A DNA stretch of 64,000 nucleotides from Minisyncoccia bacterium (GTDB lineage Bacteria; Patescibacteriota; Minisyncoccia; Phycocordibacterales; UBA918): contig JBGSJJ010000009.1 in the NCBI GenBank assembly GCA_041742075.1, positions 12,895 through 76,894 of the forward strand, given 5' to 3'. Positions within the stretch are counted from its first letter, which is position 1. Every line of letters begins with the position of its first letter. The notes under the pieces are model-generated. The model ran no database searches and was not told where the DNA came from. It was given only the letters and a program-made list of their open reading frames with translations. The position numbers and the translations under genes were made by a program. This document shows positions 1-8,710 of this stretch, piece by piece.

Positions 1-343
1 TAGCACCGATGGTGGCCTGGGCGACGCTATCAAGCCTGAGTCTCCGGCCAAGGGATTCTCGTATTGACTCAAGCAGGTCAATACTCTTGATACTTGTTAA
101 GTCTCCAGGAAAATATTTGTTCAAAAGTGGAATATCAAAGTGGTTGCTGTTGTAGCCAACGAGGGCGTCAGCTGTCTCGATGATGGGCCATAGTTTCGAT
201 AGTTCAGTGATATCAACGGTGGTGTACTTGTCAGTACCGTAGTCATACACAGTAGCAACGGAAATATCAAGATCTGCCGGGTCATTACTCCCGATGTCTT
301 GAAAAATATTTTGGGTTTCGAGGTCAAAAACAAGGTAACGCAC
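1..343 (-). CDS. DEDD/RNase H-like 3'-5' exonuclease domain protein (YprB/RNase_H_2-like), runs off the window edge
   Basis: Not in the ORF track. Manual translation from GTG at 343 gives MRYLVFDLETQNIF...ALVGYNSNHFDIPLL...IDLL, with ExoI DxE and ExoII GYNxxxFD motifs. It lies directly downstream of hisS. Confidence 0.8.
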   Translation of the reverse strand, partial: MRYLVFDLETQNIFQDIGSNDPADLDISVATVYDYGTDKYTTVDITELSKLWPIIETADALVGYNSNHFDIPLLNKYFPGDLTSIKSIDLLESIRESLGRRLRLDSVAQATIGA

Positions 344-347
344 AGTA

Positions 348-1604
348 CTAGCTAAGCAAATGAGTAATCAGTTCAGGGAGTGTACCCTTGGTTTCGGTAC
401 TTGTCGTTAAGTCTTTAAGTGCAAATGTTCCAGCTTTGAGTTCATCTTCACCAAAGACAAGAGCAAACCCGACAAATTGCTTCCCAGCATCACTAATTTT
501 TTTACCAACTTTTTTTGTACTCATGTCGACAGCCACGCTGATGCCAGACTCACGGATTTGGCCAGAAATCTTTTGTGCCTGTAGATTAAGTGCGTCACTG
601 CTTGGAATAACCATAACGGTTGGCGCGGTAAAGTCTGAAGTGAGTAAGTCGTGGGTGGTTAAAAAGTCTCGCATGGTGACGTCACCCATGCCAAAACCGA
701 TTCCCGAGATTGGCTCATCACTGAAAAGTTGGGTCAAGTTGTCGTACCGTCCACCACCGAGCATCGAACGATTGTTTTCGCTTGAGACGTCGAAAATTTC
801 AAAAATGGTGCCAGTGTAGTAGTCAAACCCGCGCGCGAGTGAGCGGTCGAGTACTACGTTTTCTATACCAAGCGCTTTAAGACCCTCGATAACCTGGTTA
901 CTACCTGTGGTGTCACTCACGAGCTTGGCGACGTTCTTAGTCAACTTGTCGTCCTTAAGAAGGGTACGAAGAGCTTCTAGGTATTCAGCCTCGGTTACTT
1001 TGTGTTTACGGTCGTTAATACGGGTGATGCGGGTAATAGTTTCTTGGTCAGTAATCCCAAGCTCGTTATAAAGTGTCTGCATCTCAGCGCGATTGTTAAC
1101 GTGGATAGAAAAAATGTCTGGTGTGGCGCCGAAGTTTATGAGAGTTTGATAGGCCAGCGCAATCACTTCAACGTCCGCCGTGTAGTCGTCACTCCCAAAC
1201 AGGTCACAGTTTAACTGCCAGTGCTCACGCAGTCGACCCCGTTGCGGACGTTCATACCGAAATAAGTTTGGGATGGAGTACCAACGAAGCGGGAACACTA
1301 AGTCTCGTTTTTTCCCAGCCACCATGCGGGCTACGGTCGGGGTCATTTCTGGTCGTAGGGTCACCTCGCGCTCACCACGGTCGGTAAACGTATAGGTCTG
1401 TTCGTTGACCATTTCTTCATTTTCTACACCCTTACTTCGATATAAATCAGACGGTTCAAGGATAGACGCATCATAGCGTTCATAGCCAAAGCTTTCGGCA
1501 GTCTGACTCCAAACGTCAAAAATATAACGCTGAATTGCCATGTCTTCCGGGTAGAAGTCACGAACACCTTTGTAGGCTTCAGTTGAAAGCGTTTTGTGTT
1601 TCAT
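348..1604 (-). CDS. hisS: Histidine--tRNA ligase
   Basis: KGVRDFYP, LRPEMT, FRYERPQRGRLREHWQ, RGFDYYTG and GGGRYD motifs. Confidence 0.97.
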   Translation of the reverse strand: MKHKTLSTEAYKGVRDFYPEDMAIQRYIFDVWSQTAESFGYERYDASILEPSDLYRSKGVENEEMVNEQTYTFTDRGEREVTLRPEMTPTVARMVAGKKRDLVFPLRWYSIPNLFRYERPQRGRLREHWQLNCDLFGSDDYTADVEVIALAYQTLINFGATPDIFSIHVNNRAEMQTLYNELGITDQETITRITRINDRKHKVTEAEYLEALRTLLKDDKLTKNVAKLVSDTTGSNQVIEGLKALGIENVVLDRSLARGFDYYTGTIFEIFDVSSENNRSMLGGGRYDNLTQLFSDEPISGIGFGMGDVTMRDFLTTHDLLTSDFTAPTVMVIPSSDALNLQAQKISGQIRESGISVAVDMSTKKVGKKISDAGKQFVGFALVFGEDELKAGTFALKDLTTSTETKGTLPELITHLLS

Positions 1605-1652
1605 AGATAGTTATAGGATTGTAGGTGAGTAGGTCGGGGATTGCAAGCTCAG

Positions 1653-2222
1653 CTACGCTTGGCTTTTCTCGTCAGGGTTTTGGTACACAACCTTCAAGCG
1701 AGTATCCATTGCTTCTTGAATCAAGGATTGCAAACCTCGTGGGTCAGGGAGACCAACAGACGTGAAGTTGCTTTCGGCAGCACTAGCGGTTTGGGCGTTA
1801 ATGGTTCCGAAATTGAGAAAGGTTGCGATAATCCCGTCAATGGATACTTTGATGTCTTGGAGTCGCTCGAGTCTAAAACTACTGATTTTTCGATGGAAGA
1901 ACTGTACTTGCTCAATCACAATAATTCGTCGGTCCGTAATAATCCAGAGGTCGAGATAAAAATGGGTCCAGATCATTGCTCCAACCATAATAGAAAGAAT
2001 CCACCAACCGGCGAGCGTGTAGAAAATCACTGGTGTGTAGCCGGTTAAGCTTATGTTGTTACCTACTTCGCTTGGTAGGGCCAGAAAACCAATCACAATA
2101 AAGAATGGCACCAGTGCCACAAAGAGCACGGCAAATAGTTCAGCAAAAATGATAAACCAGTGTTTGCGTACCATGGTGATGATTCTTTCGTCTTCTTCAA
2201 GTTGGATTTTTTCAAGCAACAT
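1653..2222 (-). CDS. Membrane protein with bacterial PH domain (bPH_2-like)
   Basis: RKHW motif, two TM helices, then WIITDRRII...RLQDIKV...LNFGTINAQTA. Confidence 0.75.
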   Translation of the reverse strand: MLLEKIQLEEDERIITMVRKHWFIIFAELFAVLFVALVPFFIVIGFLALPSEVGNNISLTGYTPVIFYTLAGWWILSIMVGAMIWTHFYLDLWIITDRRIIVIEQVQFFHRKISSFRLERLQDIKVSIDGIIATFLNFGTINAQTASAAESNFTSVGLPDPRGLQSLIQEAMDTRLKVVYQNPDEKSQA

Positions 2223-2228
2223 ATACGG

Positions 2229-2447
2229 TTAGATAAACATTCTTGTTATGAACATAAGTAAAAAAAGGGGAATGGTACTGCCAAAGTAGATGAGTGAAGT
2301 GAGGGTATACACTCGAGCACTAGTGCCATAGTTTTTCCAGTGAAAAATGAGGATGGCGGAAAAAATGATATAGACCAGCAAAAGTATGTATATAAGTACT
2401 TCAGTCAGAGCTGAAGTGTCTACGGCTTGCGAGAGCGTTTCAATCAT
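2229..2447 (-). CDS. Small two-TM hypothetical protein
   Basis: 72 aa, two hydrophobic segments around FHWKNYG, tightly packed in an operon between prmC and the PH-domain gene. Confidence 0.7.
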   Translation of the reverse strand: MIETLSQAVDTSALTEVLIYILLLVYIIFSAILIFHWKNYGTSARVYTLTSLIYFGSTIPLFLLMFITRMFI

Positions 2448-2452
2448 TGCTT

Positions 2453-3289
2453 CTATTTTCTCATAGTGAGGACAGAGAAGCGAGGAATTCCGTATTGGTC
2501 GCTGTGAGTAGTCACCAAGTCGAACCCAGCACCGTTAGCGAGAGTGAGGATTACTTCTTTGTGCTCAGGTTCGTGCTCCATCCACAGTTGGCCACACTGA
2601 GTTAAATGAGCAGGTGACTGATTGATAATCTTTTCAATGAGTTCCAGTCCAGCCTCCCCGCCATAGAGAGCCACGTGGGGTTCATAATTCTTGACTGAAG
2701 ACTCAGCTCGATCAATTGTGGGGTCGATATAGGGTGGGTTTGAAACAATGTAGTCAAACTGACCAGATATATTGGCAAACAGGTCGGATTGAATAATAGA
2801 ATAATTATCAATCCCATTCTCCAAGCAATTCTTTTCAATAGTAGTAAGGTGACTTTCCTCAATTTCGCCAAACGTGATGTGAGTGCTCGGAATCGCTTTA
2901 TTAATTGCAACACCAATACAACCAGACCCGGCACACAAATCAAGTACACGAAGCTGTCCTGAGGTTTCGCCACGGGACACTCCGCCATGGGCTGTCCCGA
3001 GCTCCGTCCTTGGGAGGATGGTTTTGATTACCTCTCCCGTCCAGAACTCAGTCTCTGTGCGTGGAATGAGTGGTTTTGAATCGAGATAGATACGACAGTT
3101 CAAAAAGGGAACGAAGCCAATAACGTAGCCAAGTGGTTCGCCAGCAGTGAGCCGGGCACAATCGGCGAAAAATCCTTCACCCCAAGAGTACTTGTTTTTA
3201 ATCTCGTCCAAAGACTCGTTAAAAACTAGCGCGCTTATTTCACCGTTGTACTTTTCTTTGAGTAACCATTGTTCGTCTTGACTCATCAT
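2453..3289 (-). CDS. prmC: Release factor glutamine methyltransferase (short N-terminus)
   Basis: GEPLGYVIG, LIPRTETE, VLDLCAGSGCIG and NPPY motifs. Confidence 0.92.
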   Translation of the reverse strand: MMSQDEQWLLKEKYNGEISALVFNESLDEIKNKYSWGEGFFADCARLTAGEPLGYVIGFVPFLNCRIYLDSKPLIPRTETEFWTGEVIKTILPRTELGTAHGGVSRGETSGQLRVLDLCAGSGCIGVAINKAIPSTHITFGEIEESHLTTIEKNCLENGIDNYSIIQSDLFANISGQFDYIVSNPPYIDPTIDRAESSVKNYEPHVALYGGEAGLELIEKIINQSPAHLTQCGQLWMEHEPEHKEVILTLANGAGFDLVTTHSDQYGIPRFSVLTMRK

Positions 3290-3342
3290 AATATGGTGTT
3301 ACTATGCATTTAGAATCAAATTACGTCAATGGAGGTACATCA

Positions 3343-3681
3343 ATGAAAAAAAGCTTTGAGAAGGTTAAAATAACCTCGAAGAAAGCATTAGCATATGCAG
3401 AGGGATTTAACGCATATCGAAACAAACTAGCCGAACGTCTCCGGGTAGACGCAAAAGGTGTCATTGCGGATGATGTTTTTATTTCTGGAGTAAAAGCAGC
3501 TGCTGAAGTAGGTATAGATGTATCGTTTACACTAGCTAGATTGGGAGTAGTAGGTGTAGTTTGGACAAATGCTGATGTTCGTAATAAGGTTTTCGAGTGG
3601 GAATATGGCAATAATCTTCCAAATCAAGAAGAGCGCCAGATTGCGTTTGAGGGATTGGCTGGTGTCTTGTTACATACATAA
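3343..3681 (+). CDS. Hypothetical protein
   Basis: ORF 3304..3681. GGAGGT Shine-Dalgarno before ATG 3343 suggests that start. A terminator follows. Confidence 0.65.
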   Translation: MKKSFEKVKITSKKALAYAEGFNAYRNKLAERLRVDAKGVIADDVFISGVKAAAEVGIDVSFTLARLGVVGVVWTNADVRNKVFEWEYGNNLPNQEERQIAFEGLAGVLLHT

Positions 3682-3713
3682 AGCACATTATCTGCTTAAC
3701 TACATGATTTAGT

Positions 3714-3748
3714 AGACCCGAGCGTTCGCGCTCGGGTCTTGCTTTTTT
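3714..3748 (+). terminator. Intrinsic terminator
   Basis: AGACCCGAGCG-ttcg-CGCTCGGGTCT followed by a T-tract. Confidence 0.8.
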
Positions 3749-3780
3749 ATACTGCACTAAAATGCTATACTCATACCATT

Positions 3781-4530
3781 ATGTCTACCCCAATGCTTGA
3801 AATAAAGAACCTGGTAAAAGTCTACGGAACGGGTAAGACCGCCAAGACGGCTGTCGATAACATCTCACTTACCGTAGAGAAGGGCGCATTTTTTGGTCTC
3901 CTGGGACCAAACGGGGCTGGTAAGAGTAGTACGATTCACTGTATTACCGGTATTGCTCAGCCGACGTCTGGTCAGATACTGATTGACGGTACTGATGTGG
4001 TAAAAGACTACAAGCAAGCGCGTACGATGGTAGGCCTCTCCCCACAGGAGTTTAATGTCGATATTTTTGCAACACCCGTCCAGCTCATGAGTTACATGGG
4101 TGGCTACTATGGCATAACTAAAGAGGTGCGCGACGCGCGCATTGAAGAACTTATTAAGCGGTTTGACTTAGAGAAGCACCGAAACGTTAAGTTCATGAAG
4201 CTCTCGGGTGGTCTTAAACGAAGAGCGATGCTCGGCAGGGCACTCATTCACACACCAGACCTACTTATCTTAGACGAACCGACAGCGGGAGTCGATGTTG
4301 AGCAACGACGCGACTTGTGGGCGTACCTAAAAGAAATGAACGAAGCCGGGAAGACCATCATCCTTACTTCCCACTATCTTGAAGAGATTCAGTATCTTTG
4401 TAACGAGATTGCTGTTATTAATAATGGCAAAATTGTCGCATCGGGAACGAAAGAGGAGTTTATGAAAGGAGGGAAGTCGGTGGAGGAGCGATATCTAGAA
4501 ATTACTCGCGAAGACGACAAAAAATCTTAA
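3781..4530 (+). CDS. ABC-2 type transporter ATP-binding protein (YadG-like)
   Basis: GPNGAGKS, LSGG, ILDEPT and H-loop TSHYLEE. Extended -10 TGCTATACT lies 9 nt before ATG 3781. Confidence 0.93.
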   Translation: MSTPMLEIKNLVKVYGTGKTAKTAVDNISLTVEKGAFFGLLGPNGAGKSSTIHCITGIAQPTSGQILIDGTDVVKDYKQARTMVGLSPQEFNVDIFATPVQLMSYMGGYYGITKEVRDARIEELIKRFDLEKHRNVKFMKLSGGLKRRAMLGRALIHTPDLLILDEPTAGVDVEQRRDLWAYLKEMNEAGKTIILTSHYLEEIQYLCNEIAVINNGKIVASGTKEEFMKGGKSVEERYLEITREDDKKS

Positions 4531-4642
4531 AATGAGCGATCAACTTTGTCCGACTACAAAAAATAACACGCACCGTATGCCAACATACGTTTTGTATTAT
4601 TTTTCTTGTCCTCTGCGTTGCTCATCTCATTTAAAAATTTTT
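4520..4642. repeat. Stop-codon-associated structured repeat, copy A
   Basis: Outer arms 4520-4536/4626-4642 (15 of 17 paired), CAAC-TTTGTC...CTCTGC-GTTG internal loop, A/T stem, apical CGTATG-ccaa-CATACG. Confidence 0.7.
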
Positions 4643-4669
4643 AACAGCATTTATAAATAGTATGTGCGT

Positions 4670-5449
4670 ATGAAAAACGAAACAGGAATTAACTGGATAG
4701 GTCTCTATACAATGCTCCGTCGCGAAGTTGAGCGTACTATGCGTGTCGTTATTCAAACACTCGTTGCGCCGGTGATTTCGGCAGCCCTTTACATATTTAT
4801 TTTCGGAACCGTCATTGGTTCGAAGATTGATGATTTTTCTGGCGTTCCCTATATTTCTTTTGTATTCCCGGGTGTTCTAATGCTTTCAATCATCAACGCC
4901 TCGTTTTCAAGCGCGTCTTCCGCTCTTTACTTCATGCGGTTTACAAAGGGTATAGAAGAAATTCTCATTACACCGTTTTCATATCTCGAAATGTTGGTTG
5001 GGTTTGTCGGGAGCGCCGTCACACGGGCACTGATGGTGGCGTTCTTGATTCTGGGGGTAGGACTGCTCTTTGGAGCAGTTCAGCTTGAAAGTCCGATTTT
5101 GTTTGTGCTCTACGTGTCGGCTATTTCGGCTATCTTTGCGATGCTCGGGATTTTGGTGGCGCTGTGGGCTGATGGGTTTGAACAGCTTCAGGTTTTAAAC
5201 ACCTTTGTCATTACACCGCTCACGTACCTGGGAGGAATCTTTTACTCCATCACTATGCTCCCACCCTTGGTAGCTACTCTCACTAGAGCAAATCCATTTT
5301 TCTATTTTGCCGATGGAGTGCGAAGTAGCATGATTGGGTACAGTGAAGCGAATAGTTTTGTGGGGCTACTCGTTATTGGCGGTCTTTTACTTGGTCTCGG
5401 ACTACTTGTCACTCATTTGTTTAGAAAGGGTTGGCGCATTCGGAATTAA
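4670..5449 (+). CDS. ABC-2 type transporter permease (YadH-like)
   Basis: About 6 TM helices, PLTYLGGIFYS and NPFFYFADGVR motifs, adjacent to the ATPase. Confidence 0.92.
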   Translation: MKNETGINWIGLYTMLRREVERTMRVVIQTLVAPVISAALYIFIFGTVIGSKIDDFSGVPYISFVFPGVLMLSIINASFSSASSALYFMRFTKGIEEILITPFSYLEMLVGFVGSAVTRALMVAFLILGVGLLFGAVQLESPILFVLYVSAISAIFAMLGILVALWADGFEQLQVLNTFVITPLTYLGGIFYSITMLPPLVATLTRANPFFYFADGVRSSMIGYSEANSFVGLLVIGGLLLGLGLLVTHLFRKGWRIRN

Positions 5450-5506
5450 TTGACTTGCTGGTACAGCAGGGTAAAGTGAGGTTAGTGAGTGAACAACGGA
5501 GGTGAA

Positions 5507-5662
5507 ATGAAAGACGATAGCACTGATAAGACTCAACACCTGAAATCATCCCCGTACCGCACATCTGTGCGCTTCTGGGAAGTTCTGAACCAGGTTTGCT
5601 TTTGGCTTGTACTCGCCACTGCCGTGGTGATAGTGTACGAAATCTGGATGTATACCAGGTAG
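5507..5662 (+). CDS. Unannotated 51-aa single-TM microprotein
   Basis: TTGACT-16-TAAAGT promoter (5450-5477), GGAGGTG SD, MKDDSTDKTQHLKSSPYRTSVRFWEVLNQVCFWLVLATAVVIVYEIWMYTR*, then a GC-rich hairpin at about 5678-5703. Confidence 0.6.
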   Translation: MKDDSTDKTQHLKSSPYRTSVRFWEVLNQVCFWLVLATAVVIVYEIWMYTR

Positions 5663-5802
5663 ACTTGGTTCTGAATCCGTCCGGTGCGCTCGCGCACCGG
5701 ACGATTTATATTTCTTGACTAGTACATTCGGCATACCACGCGTGAGGCTCTTTACACAGTGCATACTTGGGTTACTTCGGTTACTTGGTACACTGTATGT
5801 AT

Positions 5803-6828
5803 ATGTCAGATTCACAAGCGCTGTATAAAACAGCCAAAACACTTGTCACACCAAGAAAGGGAATTCTTGCTGCTGACCAAAGTCCAACCTCAATGAACAA
5901 GCAATTGGCAGCGCTCGGTATTCCAGAAACCCCTGAGATGCGTCGTCTGTATCGTCAGCTATTATTTACCACTCCAGGAATCGAAGAGTTTGTAACTGGC
6001 GTTATTTTGCACGACGGTACTATTCGTAATCACACTGATGATGGCACCCAGTTTTCAGATGTCCTCATTTCAAAAGCGATTATTCCAATTATTAAAGTCG
6101 ACACCGGCACCGTACCGCATCACAACTTTCCAGGTGAAGTCTTGACGCAAGGACTCGATGACCTCGAAAAGCGCATGAATGAGTATTACGACATGGGCGC
6201 AAGGGCAGCCAAGTGGCGTGCTGTGATTACTATTTCTGACACTACTCCTACCCTTGAAAATCTCCGCACTGACGCCGTGTTTTTAGCACGCTACGCTTCT
6301 ATCTGTCAGTCCGCCGGTATTGTACCGATGATTGAACCGGAAGTGCTCTACAGCGGTTCACACTCAATCGAGCGAGCTGAAGCGGTCACCAGTGAAACAA
6401 TTAGAATTGTGTTTGATGCTCTTAAAGAACAACGAGTGGACTTGAAAGGACTCATCCTGAAAAGCAGTATGGTGCTCGCGGGTAGTGAATACCATGAACA
6501 ATCCTCATCTTCGCAAGTTGCTGAAGCCACCCTGCGTGCGTTTGCGCACTCAGTTCCGCCAGAGGTGCCAGGCGTGGTATTTCTCTCGGGTGGGCAGACA
6601 CCAGAGCGTGCCACTGAAAACCTAAACGCCATCGCACTTAAAGAGCAAAATGAAGGACCACTGCCGTGGCAGTTTGCGTTTTCTTTCTCTCGTGGGATTG
6701 AAGATCCAGTACAACGAGCGTGGCTGGGTGAAAAGGAAAATGTACCAGCAGCGCAAGTGGAACTCTTAAAGCGACTACGACTTAATAGTTTGGCTGATTC
6801 GGGGCTATACCGTGCCTCAATGGAGTAA
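5803..6828 (+). CDS. Fructose-bisphosphate aldolase class I (eukaryote-like glycolytic family)
   Basis: GILAADQS, IKVDTG, AKWRAV, PMIEPEV, Schiff-base Lys in LILKSSMV, FLSGGQ. Start placed after TACACT -10 (alternative start 5797). Confidence 0.93.
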   Translation: MSDSQALYKTAKTLVTPRKGILAADQSPTSMNKQLAALGIPETPEMRRLYRQLLFTTPGIEEFVTGVILHDGTIRNHTDDGTQFSDVLISKAIIPIIKVDTGTVPHHNFPGEVLTQGLDDLEKRMNEYYDMGARAAKWRAVITISDTTPTLENLRTDAVFLARYASICQSAGIVPMIEPEVLYSGSHSIERAEAVTSETIRIVFDALKEQRVDLKGLILKSSMVLAGSEYHEQSSSSQVAEATLRAFAHSVPPEVPGVVFLSGGQTPERATENLNAIALKEQNEGPLPWQFAFSFSRGIEDPVQRAWLGEKENVPAAQVELLKRLRLNSLADSGLYRASME

Positions 6829-6830
6829 AT

Positions 6831-6957
6831 TTAAATCACAAAATTTTTGCGAATTACTTCGTTACTGTTCGGTAAAATTTCACTCATCGTATAATAAATA
6901 CGTTTCGTGAAATTTTCCTCCAGCGCCTTGTACTTCATCAAAAATTTTGTGATTTAA
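6831..6957. repeat. Stop-codon-associated structured repeat, copy B (plus a duplicated right half at about 6963-7006)
   Basis: Perfect 19-bp outer inverted repeat 6831-6849/6939-6957, TAC-TTCGTT...CGCCTT-GTA, AAAATTTCAC/GTGAAATTTT, apical CGTAT-aataa-ATACG. Confidence 0.75.
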
Positions 6958-7070
6958 TGAAGTTCGTGAAATTTTGCTTGAGCGCCTCGTATCTGACGCA
7001 AAATTCTGACATTTATACAGTAAGAGGTATTTAGTTTATTAAAATCAGTGTTTTACTTACAAGAGCAATC

Positions 7071-7109
7071 AACAAAAGTCCCAAGCCTACGGCTTGGGAC
7101 TTTTGTTTT
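7071..7109. terminator. Bidirectional intrinsic terminator
   Basis: AACAAAAGTCCCAAGCC-tac-GGCTTGGGACTTTTGTT between the convergent aldolase gene and rpmG. Confidence 0.85.
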
Positions 7110-7119
7110 AGATTAACTA

Positions 7120-7299
7120 CTACTTCTTCTGCTTGTAGACCATGTGGGTCTTCGTAACCGGGTTGTATTTCTTAGCCTCGTACTTCTTAGAAGGATCCTT
7201 CTTGTTCTTATTGTTGAAGGTGGTGTAGTAGGTATGACCTTTACCGAGGCCGTTCTTGTCGCCTTGGGTAACCATCTTAATGAGTCGTTCTTGTGACAT
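7120..7299 (-). CDS. rpmG: 50S ribosomal protein L33 (cysteine-free form)
   Basis: GHTYYTT...KKYEAKKYNPVTKTHMVYKQKK. Start at ATG 7299 follows TGTTACAAT. Confidence 0.88.
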   Translation of the reverse strand: MSQERLIKMVTQGDKNGLGKGHTYYTTFNNKNKKDPSKKYEAKKYNPVTKTHMVYKQKK

Positions 7300-7483
7300 A
7301 ATGACGCCGATTGTAACAGAATTGACCATATACGTCAATCACACGGAAACACAGCCTATATCGGTAAAAAGTCATGAACAGGTAAGGCTAAAATAGAAAA
7401 GTGACCATGCTATACTAAATGCGAAGAGCTATGTTTCTTCGCCGAATTTTGTATATGTTTTTACTCAGACAAGCAATTAAGGC

Positions 7484-8710
7484 ATGAGAGTGCTTACTTT
7501 TGGTTGGGATTTTCCGCCCGAAACCTCAGGTGGCCTTGGCATAGCGTGCCAAGGGTTAACGCGTGAGCTGGCTGAAGAAGGAGTGGAAGTGCTGTTTGTC
7601 CTGCCAAAATCGCAAAAAGTATCGGGGTCACCCCGTTTTATTTTTGCTGATGCCAGCAAGAGTTTGGTCATTCGGGAGATTATATCTTCACTCGTGCCGT
7701 ATGGTACGAGTGAGACTATGGTGGATGTTTTTGACCGCATAACCGGTAAACGACTCTACTCACGACCACTGCTTGAGGAGGTTCGAGAATATGCCTATAA
7801 GGCAGCGAGAATTGCACAGGAGGAAGAATTCGACCTTATCCATGCTCACGATTGGACAGCGTATTTGGCTGGGGTCGCAGCGAAGATTGTAAGTGGCAAG
7901 AAGCTTATCCTCCACGTGCACGCGACCACCTTTGACCAAGCAGCGAGCGAAAACATTGACCCATCGATTTATGCTATTGAATTAGAAAGCTTTTCCTACG
8001 CTGACCAGATTATTGCGGTTAGTAACTACACAAAAAGTATTTTAATTGAAAAGCATAAAGTGCCAGCCCATAAGATTACCGTCGTCCATAACGGCTGTGA
8101 TACCAATGAACCAACAAAGTATGCGCCAACACTACAAAGTTTACGTGCCGAAGGAAAAAAGATTGTCCTGTATCATGGGCGCATCACGATTCAAAAAGGG
8201 GTAGATTATTTTGTGCACGCAGCGAGAAAGGTAATTGACACTGATCCAAATGTTGTATTTGTTATTTCTGGTAAAGGAGACATGGAGGCACAAATCGTTG
8301 AGCAGGTGGCTCGCCTGGGATTATCAGAACATGTTATTTTTGCTGGTGCTTTGTGGTATGAAGACCGTGATCGCATGTATCAGAGTGTCGACTTGGTGGT
8401 GATGCCGTCAGTCTCAGAACCTTTTGGCTTGGTGCCACTTGAAGCGATTCAGCATGGAGCACCATCTCTCATAAGTAAACAGTCCGGTGTTGCAGAAGTT
8501 ATTTCTCACGTACTCAAGGTCGACTTTTGGGATGTTGAAGACATGGCCAATAAAATTTTAGCCACCTTACGCTATCCGGTTATGCATGATCAGCTTGTAC
8601 GAGAAGGCAGGCAGGAGCTAAAACGCCTCTCTTGGAGTATTGCAGCAAAGAAAGTTATATCAATTTATAATTCACTTATTCAATCTTTTTCCAGAACTCC
8701 AGTATGTTAA
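7484..8710 (+). CDS. GT4 glycosyltransferase (putative glycogen/alpha-glucan synthase)
   Basis: GWDFPP..SGGLG, IHAHDW, HVHAT, GRITIQKG and PSVSEPFGLVPLEA motifs. Confidence 0.9.
   Translation: MRVLTFGWDFPPETSGGLGIACQGLTRELAEEGVEVLFVLPKSQKVSGSPRFIFADASKSLVIREIISSLVPYGTSETMVDVFDRITGKRLYSRPLLEEVREYAYKAARIAQEEEFDLIHAHDWTAYLAGVAAKIVSGKKLILHVHATTFDQAASENIDPSIYAIELESFSYADQIIAVSNYTKSILIEKHKVPAHKITVVHNGCDTNEPTKYAPTLQSLRAEGKKIVLYHGRITIQKGVDYFVHAARKVIDTDPNVVFVISGKGDMEAQIVEQVARLGLSEHVIFAGALWYEDRDRMYQSVDLVVMPSVSEPFGLVPLEAIQHGAPSLISKQSGVAEVISHVLKVDFWDVEDMANKILATLRYPVMHDQLVREGRQELKRLSWSIAAKKVISIYNSLIQSFSRTPVC

Noticed and set aside
121-333. 70-aa ORF from the track
   Set aside because: It is an alternative frame overlapping the real exonuclease-like CDS (343 to the window edge)
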